Below the pieces are notes generated by a model. The model made no database searches, was not told the DNA's origin, and worked only from the letters and a program-made list of their open reading frames with translations. A stretch of 64,000 nucleotides of DNA from contig CDMY01000098.1 of the NCBI GenBank assembly GCA_001179505.1, positions 127,295-191,294 on the forward strand. Reading direction: 5' to 3'. Below are positions 24,701 to 37,014 of this stretch, one piece after another (positions within the stretch are counted from its first letter, which is position 1; each line of letters begins with the position of its first letter). Source of the stretch: Vitrella brassicaformis CCMP3155 (taxonomy: Eukaryota > Protista > Chromerida). The position numbers were made by a program, and so were the translations under genes.

Positions 24701-24826
24701 GGGAGATACGATGAGCAATGCGCTGGTGCGTGTCTCGTGCAGGTTTATCGTGATAGAGGGGATGGAGAAGCTGCCGCTGCCCCTGCTGGCGCAGCTGGCC
24801 ATACTGAGATAGAACGACTGTCTTAG
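21551..24826 (+). CDS. Multi-exon hypothetical protein
   Basis: Exons MKELTSFIG|, NALAELLLNGRLWK, GVLVEAMLEKFRLKRSIWW, YMELHEYMETMLVFFYQHK, FRVTIPLDNDRISRLNAHRW, KEVDDMFERLQVPEGG, ending ...HTEIERLS*. No family was recognised and the start is uncertain. Confidence 0.5.
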
Positions 24827-25564
24827 TGAAACCGCTGCCTGCATTTTATATTTGCCAGTCAGTGTGTCATTGGCTGACAGACATTCCCGTGTCACTCACT
24901 GTCAGTGTCAGGGTCACCTGCCTGCCTGCCTGCAGGAGCGACCAATCGGTGGTTGTCTGCCTGCCCTGCCACTCTCTCACAACCTGGCCGACTCACTCAT
25001 GTACTCTCTCCTTCACTCATTGCCTGCTGGGAGGGAGGGAGAGAGTTGTTTGCGGACACAAGTACATGCAGCACAAGAAAGAAATCAGTGGCAGCTGGGC
25101 AGCTCCCCACTTCCTCCCCCCTCCCCCCCTCCCCACAGACACACACGCAGGCGGCTACACAGCACATTCTAGGTGTATGTGTCTTTGTAATCGGTATGTA
25201 ATCGGTGTGTAGTACTTGTCGCTGACAGTCTGGTGCCCCACTGGTCTGCTGTTGGTTGTTGCACCTACCACATGATGTGATGTGATGTGATGCGATGCCA
25301 TTGATTCTCTGACACGAGGGAGAGGGCGGGCAAGGGGGCGGGCGGCGGGAGAGACAGCCTTTCATACACTTGACTGACTAAAGATTTGTACATTCACTAC
25401 AACGTCTGCAGCAATGAAATGACGGTAGCCAACACAAATAACCAGTGACTTGAACAAACAACAACAAATAACTCAAGGCGGCCATTTGTAGTTCGAAATC
25501 GCATCCGCACGCGCACCCCAGCGCTCTCTCTCCACACACACACGACTGCCATCGACCACCATCG

Positions 25565-26033
25565 TCACCCTTCGTGTCGAGAACGTTGGCGAGACGCCTT
25601 CTCCCTGATGTAGTCGGAGTACTCCACTATGATGTCAGCTGACCGGTCTCGACTGCGGAGCCAGCGGTCGTAGCGGCGTTGTGCCTCTTCGGATACTGAC
25701 GGATGGCATGTCACAGACAGACAGACAGACACATTCAGATGGTCACACACACGCTCGCTCATTGGTTGTGTGTGTGGGGTCGGGTTCTTACCGGGTTTCG
25801 GCATTCGCCGTCCCTCCAGACGCACGACGAATGGGTCCTTCCGGCTGAGTCCCCTGCACACACACACATACACACAGACAGACACATCACGGAGGGCGAG
25901 ATGAACACAGACAGGCAGCATCCGAAAGGTGCGCGACCGGCGTGTCGGTGAGCGTGTCGGTGACCACGTAGCAGTACCTGTTTCCACAGACGTCCACGAT
26001 GCGCTGTGTGTCTTTCGCGTCTTCACAGTTCAT
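25565..26033 (-). CDS. Small basic hypothetical protein (three exons)
   Basis: MNCEDAKDTQRIVDVCGNR|GLSRKDPFVVRLEGRRMPKP|SVSEEAQRRYDRWLRSRDRSADIIVEYSDYIREKASRQRSRHEG*, with in-phase GT-AG junctions. The frame stays open upstream to 26255. Confidence 0.5.
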
Positions 26034-26266
26034 CAGTTCACCGCCAGAGCAGTAGACCAAAAGGAACCCCTTGACGTCGGAAATGGTGTCGAAGGCCACG
26101 AGCAAGAGCGGGTCCGTGGTTTTTGTCGTCGTACACGAACTGGAAGTACCGAAAGATTCCTTTCCAACTTGACTTTCCTTCCCAACTTGACAACAATTCG
26201 AGATATCCGACGTCGTTGGCAGGGCTGGGCCGATTGTCACGCCCACACACGCCACACTCAGCTCAG

Positions 26267-26949
26267 CTAGCTGATGGTGCCGCCCACAATGCTGTCACAG
26301 AAACAAGGCCCCGAGGGCGTCATGAAGCGATGATCCTGCACACACACACACACACATGGACTGTGCCCACACAGCTGTAGTGCACTGCATTGGTTGTGTC
26401 GCGTGCCTTGTAGAGAGCGATTTTGTCTGGTGAGGTGCGGAAGTCGGGCTGCACCTTGCTGAAGGGATTCTTCTTGTCATTCAACACCTGTAGCCACGAC
26501 ATCGATCAGATCGACGGCATCCATGCCATGCGAGTGTGTGTGAGTGTGTCCAACCATGACCCACCTCGTCAGGCTCGCCTTCAAGGCCCTCCCACGAATG
26601 CGGCCCGATCTGATCAAACAAGGCACACACACACAGACACACAGGCAGGATGTGTGTGTGTGTGTGTGTGTGTCGGCCATCCTCTCTGACGCACCTTGGC
26701 CTCTGGCGGCGGCCGGATCAGCTCTGTGTTGCTCTTGTCGGCAGACGACGCACACAAGACCTGCACACACACACACACACACAAACATACATCCAAACAG
26801 GTGTCTGTCATCGGCAGACAGAGGGAGGAGCACCGCCGACAGACGCTCACCATGCCGTGTGACGGGAAGCCCTTGAGGTTCTTGGCCTTTAGATTGCACA
26901 GCACAACCACCTGCACACACAGACACAGACACACACGCAGACACACAGA

Positions 26950-26984
<35 letters not shown>

Positions 26985-28519
26985 TGGTTGTGCTGTGTGC
27001 TGTGCTGTGCTGTGCTGTGTTTGCCTTTGCGTCTTGCATCTGTTGGATGGGCACGTAGGGCACCAGCCCCGATGCGATCTGACGCGGCTTCTCCTCGCCT
27101 ATGTCAATCTCCTCGCAGTAAAGCCTACACGCGTAGCGACACTCATGTGCACACGCGTGGCGTGGTGTGATTGCCTTCCTGTGTGTGTGTGTGTGGGTGT
27201 CTGTCTGTGCGCTGCGCTCACTTGTCTGCCTCCGGGTGCTGCCAGACTTTGGTGATCTTCCCAACGCGCACATCGAGTCGCGTCACGTCCTCAACCGGCC
27301 GCTCGGGAGCTGTCACGTCACGAGCACACCGTCACGTCACACGCAATCCAATCAAAACACACAGACACCGACCGATACAGCAGGCGCATAGCATCACGGA
27401 CGCAGCACAAGGTGGATGGGTGGACAGACAGTCGGATGTGCTACCTTTGTTGTCGGCCCTCTGTTTCTTCTTATCCTCTTTGGCGGCCTTCTTGGCCTTA
27501 ACACACACACACACACACACACACACACGGCGTGACACACAGGAGAATGGACCAGATGAGATGCGCTCACTCACCTTGGCTTTGTCCTGGTCCGCCACGC
27601 CATTGACCATCGCGTCTTTGCTCTTGTCCGCACCAGCAGCTGCATTAGCATTGGCCGATCCAGCAGCAGCAGGCACCTTCCTGACACACAAACGGACAGA
27701 CAGCACCTTCCTTCTTGTCCAGCACAAGGCTCACTTACGGGGTCGGTGTGGATGTCGACAGAGGTGAGGTGGCCGACTGCCTTGGATATGCCGGGCAGGT
27801 GCTGGATGTGGTCGAACCACCGCGTCACATTGCAGTGCGCCAAGCGCTCCTCGGCACTTGCACCCACCTGAATGAACCACATCCATCCAACCTGCCGCAG
27901 AGATAGGCATGTGTGACTGTGTGTGTGTACCATACCATCCACTGGTGGACAGCGGGGTAGGTGGCGAGGTCTGCGAGTGTGACGTTGTCGGCCGCCATGA
28001 AGGGATACACCCCCTGCCAAAGGTGTAGACTCTGTATCCCGGCCATGATGTGTGTCCACTTCATGGAGAGAATCCTCCACGAAGTGTGTTCAAGTTTGCA
28101 ACCGACGTAAATGCACAGAGCCAAGTGTGTTGTTCCGCGTCTGCAAATGGCCATTCAGCGTCTGATACACACACCCACACCCACACACCCACACACACAA
28201 GAGAGAGAGAGAGGTGTTAGTACTGTCTGACGAGATACGTCTTTCTTTCGTGTGTTATGTTTATATCATCATGGCGGCTGCATCAGGGACGGCATAGTCC
28301 CGCTGGGCAAGGAAGGACAACCACTGGTCGATCTCTGCCTGCATCCACCACACACACAGAGGGAGTGACTCACACAGACACACAGACGCCGATCGAGCGT
28401 GCGTTTACGGAGTAGGGACGATAGGATTCGCGAGCGAAATGGGATTGGGAAAATTCGCTGGGACAGGCGCGTGACGGCGTTTTCGTGTTGCTTCCGACAC
28501 GAGCGAGCCACCTTATCAT
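26267..28519 (-). CDS. Arc1p/AIMP1(tRip)-like aminoacyl-tRNA synthetase cofactor: GST-like N-domain, Lys/Ala linker, EMAPII-type tRNA-binding OB fold
   Basis: AEIDQWLSFL; DNVTLADLATY; VTRWFDHIQHL; RLDVRVGKITKVWQHPEAD; LYCEEIDIGEEKPRQIASGL; VVVLCNLKAKNLKGFPSHGMVLCAS; KNPFSKVQPDFRT; FMTPSGPC...GGTIS*. The start at 28519 is inferred. Confidence 0.88.
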
Positions 28520-28523
28520 CCTT

Positions 28524-30227
28524 ATGTCAGGCGTCAAGTGGTAGGCACGGCGCTAGCACGGCGCTGCCATATCCATCCACGTATGTATCCTTTCTGCGTG
28601 TGTGTGTGCGTGTGTGCGTGTGCGTGCGCCAAGGTCCTTGCCGTGGATCCAGTCTTTCGACAACTTCATCAATGACTGCGCAAAGCCCGTGATCGAATGC
28701 CTCGGGTTCGTGCTGCAAGTTCTGGATTGGCTCCGCGGACTCGTGCTGCAAGGCATCGGTTGGTTCCTCGTCACTTTCATCATCAATCCCTTCATCGGAG
28801 CCTTCTTTTTCGGGCTGAACATCGTGGGTACCGTGATGGTCGCCGTGACCACCTTGGTGAATGTGATCGTCCTGCTCGGCTGGATCTTCTGCATCGCGGC
28901 ACTATTCATCGCCTACCTGATAGTGGGCTGTTGTGTAAGAGTCGCCTTCCGCAATTGCGTGCAAGACACCTTCACGGCGGCGGAGGTCATCTTGTTGCAC
29001 TTCGCCGCCTTGACGGACCCCGTCCCTCTGCCGCCGCTGGGCTGGGTGGACCGCGTGCGACATCTCTTGGTGGGAGTCAGGAATGCAGTGTCAGACGGCG
29101 GCGGCATAGACAGCTTGCTCGCGATGGCCCTGCAGCTGCTCAAGGACTATCCTCGGCATTGTATCGTGTGCGCATGGGAGGCCTTGTTGCCTGGCTTGCC
29201 GTTTCGCCCGTTTCGATGGATGCCACGTTGCCTCACGTGGTTGGCCTTCCGCGACAGTAGCTCACCAAACCCCCTCGACGGCGCGCCAGGGTACAAACAC
29301 GCACACAGGCAGGTTGGTTTCACGCGTGCATGTTTGTGTATGCAGCTTTGAGAAAGAAACGTGGATCTATGTGAACGGCATATGCTCGAACGGATGGATC
29401 GCTGAGCTCAACGGGAAGCGGCTGCAGGAGCTCTTCTGTAAACGTCCTATCACCGTCATCCACAACCCTACTGACAGTGTTTGGGTCGATGTGCTGGAGA
29501 CCTTTGTGGGCAAGCTGAAGCTGTTTTCGTGGTGGCAGGTGGAGCCGGAAAAGACGCTTAGGAAAGCGGTGGAGGAGGCGCTGCTCAAATCGGGGGATGC
29601 GCTGCTCAAATCGGGGGATGCGCTGCTCGATACGGGGAAGATCAGGGTGGTGCTGATAGCGCATTCGCAAGGGACCATCATTGCCAACAATGTGGTACAT
29701 CAGATCGCTGACAGTGTGGCCAACGCCAAGGCCAACGACGAGAAAATGAAGAAAATGAAGAAGGGCCTGAGCAAGTTGGAGGTGAGCAGTTAGAAGCAGC
29801 CGTACATGACCGTCCAGAGCGTTATGTTGAGCCGGCCGGTGTCGTGTGCAGGTGTATCTGTTTGCGGATTGCGCTCATCACGTAGATGTGGATCTTTTGA
29901 AAAGCCTGAACGTCCACATGGAGAGCATCTGCAACGAGCGCGATCCAGGTCAGCCTGCCTTGTGTATGCACACACACAACCTTGACATGTCACTTGTGTT
30001 TGAATGCATGCTTACAGTACCGTATCTTGGGAGCACTGTACCCAGTGAAGGGACAATGGAGCGACGTAAATGGAAAAGTGGTCAATGACCGCCCGAAACA
30101 CCCGATTGTCCAACCTGACAAGCGAGGCCATTTCCTCAACACGCACTACCTCGACAACTTCCGTCGCGAGTACCGGGACTCACGGCTGCACAATTATGAG
30201 ACACTACCCACTCGTAATTGGGACTAA
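28524..30227 (+). CDS. Membrane-anchored alpha/beta-hydrolase-fold protein
   Basis: N-terminal hydrophobic multi-TM region; WIYVNGI; ITVIHNPT; nucleophile elbow VVLIAHSQG; KLEVYLFADCA; ICNERD; GHFLNTHYL. The first micro-exon MSGVK(W) splices in frame. Confidence 0.75.
29578..29627 (+). repeat. 21-bp coding tandem repeat (ALLKSGD x2 + ALL)
   Basis: gcgctgctcaaatcgggggat repeated twice, then gcgctgctc. Confidence 0.85.
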
Positions 30228-30996
30228 CTAGTCTCTCTTTTTCACGTTTATTTGGTGATTTAGTAAGGTGGTTGAGCCTGGCGCTCTCTTTTTCTACGTC
30301 TGTTCAGTGGGGTACATATCGCATGCATGACATGTATTGCCTCTCGATCCTCGTGTTCCTGCGCTGATTGAGCCGTCGCCAACCGATGTGGTAGGCTCCT
30401 ATCTGCGCCAAGGCGTGCTGTCTTGTGCCGTTGTGATGGGCTGTGTATGTATGTTTCTGACTGCTGACTGATTAGTGCTTTATCAAGCCTGCAGGGGCTT
30501 TTGCGTGTTCACGACTGAGGGTAGTCTTCTGTGTGCGTGTGAGCTATGCATGATTGTATGGTAGTGGGGTGACGTCAGAAAGAAAAAGAGAGAGAGATCG
30601 ACAGAGAGACTGGCGCCGCAAACAAAAGACGGTCATGCGAGACGAGCAGAGACACATGCAGAGATAGGCGACTGACGCGACACCCATCAAGGAAGACATC
30701 CATCGGACAAATGTACGTGTGTTTTGATCACATCGAGTGTACGTGTGTCAGTTGAGGTTCCCCCTCGCCGGTTTGATGAGTGTTTTCAAATTCACTGCCG
30801 CGCTGCTGCGTATCTCATCAATGGCTTAAGTCACATTGAAGGGCAGTACACACATCTTTAAGAACAAACACCAAACAAACGAGTCACGTTCACGGCCACG
30901 CACTCAATCACCCACCCCCCACAAAGCTCTCCCTATCTCATTCTCACCAAGTCCATCCATCCATCCACGCCCATACACACAAACACATCGGATCGT

Positions 30997-32150
30997 TCAG
31001 GCGGCCACGAGCCCCAAAAAGGAGTGCTCGAGAGAGATAATGTCCGGCTGAATGTGCAGGTTCCTGTCGACGCGCGGCGAGTGGTGGATGGTGTGGGGGT
31101 GGGGGTGGGTGGGCGGCGACGGCAGCAGGTGCATCGGCGGCGGCAGCTCCATGACGGGCGGCATCAGCGGCGACATGGTGTCCGCACGGGGGAGGGACGT
31201 ACCCAGCCAGCCCTTCTGATATATCACACACACACGCAGAGAGAGAGACAGAGGGGGGGAGATGCTGGTGTGGTGTGGTGTGTGGATGGCTGGTCGGCTG
31301 ACCTCCGGCACCATGTCGGTCATGATGTCGGGAATGTCAGTCCACTCCCCGTCGTCATCGCCGTCGTCCTCACACACATACTCCACTTGAGGCCTCGGCC
31401 TCGCCATTGCAGCCGCCGCACCACTTGTGCGGCTGCCCGCCCGACCTCTCTGCCTCTTGTTGCTGCTGGTGGTGTTAGTGGTACTGTTGCCCTTCTGCTG
31501 CTGCTGCTGCTGCTGCTGGCCCCGCTTGTTGCGCCGGGGGCATCTGGCGTCCCCCGCCTCTGCCACCTGCCGCAGCGCCGCGCCCCCAAACCACGCCAGC
31601 ATCCCCAGCACGTGTGCCGACGCCACCGGGGTGCTCCCGCCGTTGTTGTCGGGCGACGCGCTGCCCCCCGCCCCGCCTCCCTGCTTGCCGTTCTCGCCTC
31701 CGTGTTTGCCGCCCGAGTGCTGGTGGTGGTGATCGCCGCCCTTGCCGCCCTGGCCGCCATGTGGGTGTGTCTTGGGGTTGATCTTGAGGATGTGTTTGAG
31801 GGGGTTGTGGATGGCGTAGGACGACTGAGAGTCGGGGGGCTGCGGGTGGAGGGGGTTGACCGTGACGAAGAGGAAGGTCCCGTAGCGCTGGCCGCAGTAG
31901 TTCTGCCCCGCACTGCTGCGCCACCGTTGGCTCGTCGCTATGCAGCTGATGTTGGGGCTGATGATCGACATGGACACGGAGAGAGAGAGAGGAACACACA
32001 GATGCACGTGTGGTGTCTGTCAGGGGGGAAGGGGATTACCCGAATGCGTTGGGCGCGTTGCCGTCGTGGTAGACGTGGTTGGTGGTGCAGTGCAGGGGGA
32101 TGCTTGACGGCTTGGCGTTGGGTGGCTCCACCGCCACACAAGTACTGAAG

Positions 32151-32181
<31 letters not shown>

Positions 32182-33155
32182 ACACAGATACAAAGTCACA
32201 GCAGCTTGTGTGTGTGTGTGTGTGTGTTTCCATCCATCCATCAGATACGCACCCACCTTTTGCTGAGGAGTATGGGTATGGTCGGCGCGTCGGTGGAGTA
32301 CTCAGAGGCGTCAGGGATGTGCTGGTGGTAATTCGCCAGCTGAGCCTGCACTCCACCCACACACCAACACACCCACACAGACAGACAGACATGAATCTCC
32401 GTGTGTGTGTGTGTGTGCGCGTGTGTGCGTGCCCACGTGTTCCTGGTCTGAGGTGAGTCTGAAGGGGTAGTGCTGGTAAGAGGATATGTCGAGCATGTTG
32501 TTGATGTTCCCGTGCTCGTCGCTCTGCGTCGCCTGGTCGGGCGCGTACTTCCACTGCTCGTCAACTGCGTCCACACATCGACACATCGATACCGCCACAC
32601 ACACACACAAGGTATGGATGGATGGGAGGGGCCACACTCTGACAATGACTGACCGATGAACTTGTAGTGGTGCACCCCTCTGGCCAGCTCCAGAATGACC
32701 GTGAACTCATGGCCACTGCGCACCTGAGATATTCAACACACCAAACCGCCCCCTTCCCTCCGCACCCCCTCCGTGCACCACCACACCACCACACTCACCA
32801 GTTTGATCTTCTGGTCGACGCTCCAGTTGTTGAAGCTCCCGGTGACGTACACATTGTGCCCGCCGTGGCTCCAGGTAATCACACACGGGATCGTCTCGTT
32901 GACGTCTATGACGCTCGCCGAGTCCTTCGGCGTCCGCGACGGCGTGGGCGGTGTGGGCTGCAGGAGGTCCAGCGGCGACATCGACAGGGGCGGCAGGCCC
33001 CCCGCGGCGCTGCCCTGCCCGTCTGGCGGGAGTCCATGCCCTGGCGCCCTGCTGTCGAGGATGGCGGGCTTGGAGGGGTCGATCAGCCCGGGGATTCCGC
33101 TCTGGTGCGCGTCGGAGAGGGCCTGGTGCCGAGACGTTGACGTCTGAGATCCCAT
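30997..33155 (-). CDS. PRKAB: 5'-AMP-activated protein kinase / SNF1 beta subunit with a C-terminal extension
   Basis: Myristoylation consensus MGSQTS. CBM48 motifs: IPCVITWSHGGHNVYVTGSFNNW, LELARGVHHYKFIVDEQWKYAPD, DEHGNINN. ASC region: IPLHCTTNHVY, IATSQRW...RYGTFLFVTVNP. Confidence 0.92.
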
Positions 33156-33358
33156 GGTGATGACAGACAAAGGGAGTCACGGGCGGTGTGTGTCGGGGTG
33201 AGTAACGGCGAGACCGATTGTGAGAGGGAAAGGACAGCTCACGGATCTGGCTGTGAGCACATCGTTGCGCCTGCTCTGGTGCAACGGGGGCTGTACAGCC
33301 TTGGCGAGCTTGAGCTCGCAAAATTCTCAGGTTTGTAGCGTCCTGTTCGAGTGATACG

Positions 33359-33723
33359 ATGAGCGTGGGAGAGATGACGCACCTCTACCGGCAGATCTTG
33401 AGGACAGCCAACCGGTTCGACGACAAAAACTTCAGGCTCTACTTCATCAGAAGGGTCGGTCGGCGGTCAGCCACTTACTGACAGCACACACAGACACACA
33501 CACAGAATGGTTTTAAAAGTGTGTTGTGCTTGTGTGTGTGCAGGCCCACGAGGACTTTCGGTCATTCTATCATTCGCAGGAGTCCAAGTCGCTGGGGGAG
33601 GAGGGGGAGGGGGAGGGGCGGCAGTCGTTTTTGCGCAGGATGGAGGAGCACCTGGCGATGCTGCAGCGACAGACCGCCATCGGCCACATGTACTGGCACG
33701 AGGGCATCCATGCCAAGAGATAG
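33359..33723 (+). CDS. ISD11: LYR-motif protein, ISD11/LYRM4-like (Fe-S cluster assembly)
   Basis: MSVGEMTHLYRQILRTANRFDDKNFRLYFIRR|AHEDFR...LAMLQRQTAIGHMY matches the LYR motif and the ISD11 pattern (F..YNFR.Y..RR; L..l.RQ..I..mY). Confidence 0.82.
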
Positions 33724-34039
33724 CTAGATAGTGATGACCATGACGGTGCTTGGTTGGTGCCAAGGGGTGTGTGCTGTGCGATGGTGTGCTAATATATTAT
33801 GCGTGCGTTTCTGTCGATATGGCTCTTGTATCAAGATCATGATGAGAGAGAGTTTTTGACACTTCTTTCCCTCTCACTGTGCGTCTGTGGACGGACCTCA
33901 ATGAGGTGACTCTCCCTTGATGTGCTCAACTCGAGCACCAAATTGATGGATGGATGGATGGGCGGGAGCGTCACACACACACACACACACACACAGATGC
34001 AGAAACACACGAAGCCATGATCTCTCGCACAAGCACTGT

Positions 34040-35637
34040 TCATTCGGTCTTGCTGCTGCTGCTGCCGCTGCCCTTCGCTACCATCTTCTCTCTCCTGACC
34101 CGCGAGAGGACGCCCACAAAGCCATAGAGCAGGGTGGCGTTGAAGGCCAGCTGCACCACCGTGCCCATCATGCCGCTGCACCGATGGCCTGTGGGTGGAA
34201 GGAACCACACACACACACTCATCAATCGCAGAGGACAGACAGCCGCACCTGTCTGTCTGTTGGGTCAATCAGAAGACTTGATGACCTACCTGTTGTGTGA
34301 AGCGTCACAGTCACGGCGGCGCACGCGAATGACGTGGCGAACTGGACTATCTGCAGCTGCGTGATATACCTAAACACACACACACACACACACACATTGG
34401 TCCATCCATTCAGCCATCCAGCCGTCTACGAGTGTGTGTGTGTGGGTGTAGGCGCCCCCACCGACCGACCGTTTCCACCATGGGTCGATTCCGACTGACT
34501 TGAGGGCGAAGTAAAGGTACATGACCACATGCACCAAGCAATTGAACACCTGGCCCACAAACTGCATAAACCGGCACACAACACACAAGTGAGCTGAACC
34601 AGACGCACACACACACACACACAGAGGCTCTCTCTCGCTCTGTCTGTGTGTCTGTCTGTGTGTCTGTCTGTCTGTGTGTGTGTGTGTAGTAGTCTGGTTA
34701 CTTACGATGAGTGTGCCGACGGTGTCGATCCACAGCCACACGGCCAAGACGATGCCAGCGTGGTGATAGACATGCAGCAAGTACGACGGGGGACGGCGGC
34801 CCTTCAGCAACTGACACACACACACACAGACAGACAAAGGAGAGAAAGGAACAAGACAAGAATGGCACCATCTCTCTGTCAGTCACACATTCGCCACTGA
34901 GTGGTCTGTCTCTTTGTGACCACAAACTGAGTGACCTGCAGAATGGTGTCGAGAAGCTCCCAGTACTTGGACACATAATACACATACCTTCACATTCACA
35001 CACACACACAGACACGTGTGTGTGTGTGTGGGCAGGGCATGCAACACACAGACACAAAGGCCGAACGAATGGCACTTACACACTTACACCCAGAAATACA
35101 GCGGCCCCCTCGCCGTCGTCCCCTCCACCTCACACACCAGCCACAGCGCACTGCCGTCTGCCGCCACACGCCGCCCCGCCTCACACACGGTGCCCACCAG
35201 CATGATCAGAGAAATGACACTCAGCAACGCATTGTGCACTGCAATGCAACCAGACAGACAATCTGCCTCTGTCTGTGTGTGTGTGTGTGTGTGTTGATGA
35301 CCACACGCGCAGAGCATACCAGCCTGAATGGGGCCAATGTGGGAAGAAAGTCCGGCGGCGGCTCCCTTGCCGCCGTCGGACCTCCGCTGCACACACAGCG
35401 CGTCAAGGGAGAGGACGAGGCCCACATACACACACACACCAACCTGACACACACACAAGACCGACTCTGCACTGCTGTCTGTCTGTCTGTCTGTGTGCGC
35501 ATCTGTCTGTCTGCCTGTGGATGTGATGTGGATGGCGCACCTACCGTCGGTGTGCGGACGTCGCTGAGCGGTGCGTCGCGCCAGTCGAAGGACAATGGAT
35601 CAGACAGCGTCGTCACAAGCGATGCAGCGGCCTCCAT
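34040..35637 (-). CDS. ELO: Fatty-acid elongase (ELO/GNS1/SUR4 family)
   Basis: HNALLSVISL, YYVSKYWELLDT, LHVYHH histidine box, NCLVHVVMYLYF, YITQLQIVQF; multi-TM. Confidence 0.93.
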
Positions 35638-36093
35638 CTTGCAGCCACGCACCGACACAAAGGCAGACGATGGGCCTTGCAGTGCCCTGTTGGCGAAGAT
35701 CTGCTTCTCTTCAAGCGAGCCTAGGGTGCGAGCTTGTGGTCGCTGTGGTGTGTGGAAAAAAAGTTGAGAACCACACATTCGTAGAGCTCACGGGATACAG
35801 GCGTGACAGGTTCGCCCGGATCTGCCGAACGACCTGTTCGCGACAGCCTTTCCGCGCTTGAGAGACATCTGCGGCCTCGAGGACGGCCACAGAAGCAGCA
35901 CACGCCAGCCGAGGGGCGCATGCACCGCACCGCTCCCCCATTGGCCCGCTGACCGGCCCCCGTTCACCGTCGACGAGCGGCAACTGCATGCGGATGCCGT
36001 AGAGGCGAGTCGACTTCAGTCGAGTGTTTGAAGGAAAGGAGCCTCCGATAGAACCGACTCGTCTGACAACGGATAGAGTGCGTCTCTCTCGTC

Positions 36094-36978
36094 ATGGAGA
36101 AGGAGGACGAGAGAAGGGATGAGCGAAGGGAGGAGAGGCGCGAGGAGAGAGACCGTCATGACGGCGAGGAGTCGTCTGTGGCTGGCGACGGAGAGGGCCG
36201 CAAGGCCTGGGCGGACGTGAGCGACGATGAGGACGTCCTGCCGCACCACCAGCACCACCAGCACCGCGGCGAGAGGGGAACCCCGCAAAGGCGCGACGGT
36301 ATGCATGTCTGTGGGCGAGTCACTGAATCGATGGACACAGCCTGGTCGATCCCTCGTGTGTGCGTGTGGCTTGGTGGCTTGCTTGGTGCAGAGGAGGAGG
36401 ATGAGGGCGAGCGCTATGGCGAGCGAGAGCGTGGCGGTGGCGGCGGAGGTGGGCGTCAGCGTGGTGATCGGCCCTCTCGTCCGGCGGGCAGGGACCGATA
36501 TGACGACTATGACGATAGACGTGAGTCGAGTCGAGTCGAGGGAGTGACATCCACACACACAGACACAGACACGGACACAGACACGGACAGGCGTCAGTCA
36601 CATCATCTGGTGTGTGTGCAGGTGGTGGTGGTGGAGGTGGTGGGTATCGTGACCGCGGCGGCTATGACGACTACGGCAGGGGCGGTCGCGGCCCGCCCCC
36701 GCCGCGCGGCGGGGGACGGGACAGGTACTACGAGAGGGAGAGGTGCCCGCCCATCCCGGAAACCGTAAGCACCACATGTGATCCATCCATCCATCGATCG
36801 ACCGAATGGTTCGTGTGCTGGTTGGTCAGTATAAGGGCCCCTATTGTTTGATGCTGCACAACATTCCCTACGAGGCCATTAGGCGCGACGTGGAAGACTT
36901 CCTCAGACCTTGCAGAGTCAGACAGACAGCACAGCACAGCCAGACAACCCTCCCTCGCTCGCCAACCTTGGCTGTGCA

Positions 36979-37014
<36 letters not shown>

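Noticed and set aside
30997-35637. AMPK beta + ISD11 + elongase as a lipid/energy metabolic cluster
   Set aside because: They act in different compartments, such housekeeping genes are not known to cluster, and adjacency is likely chance.
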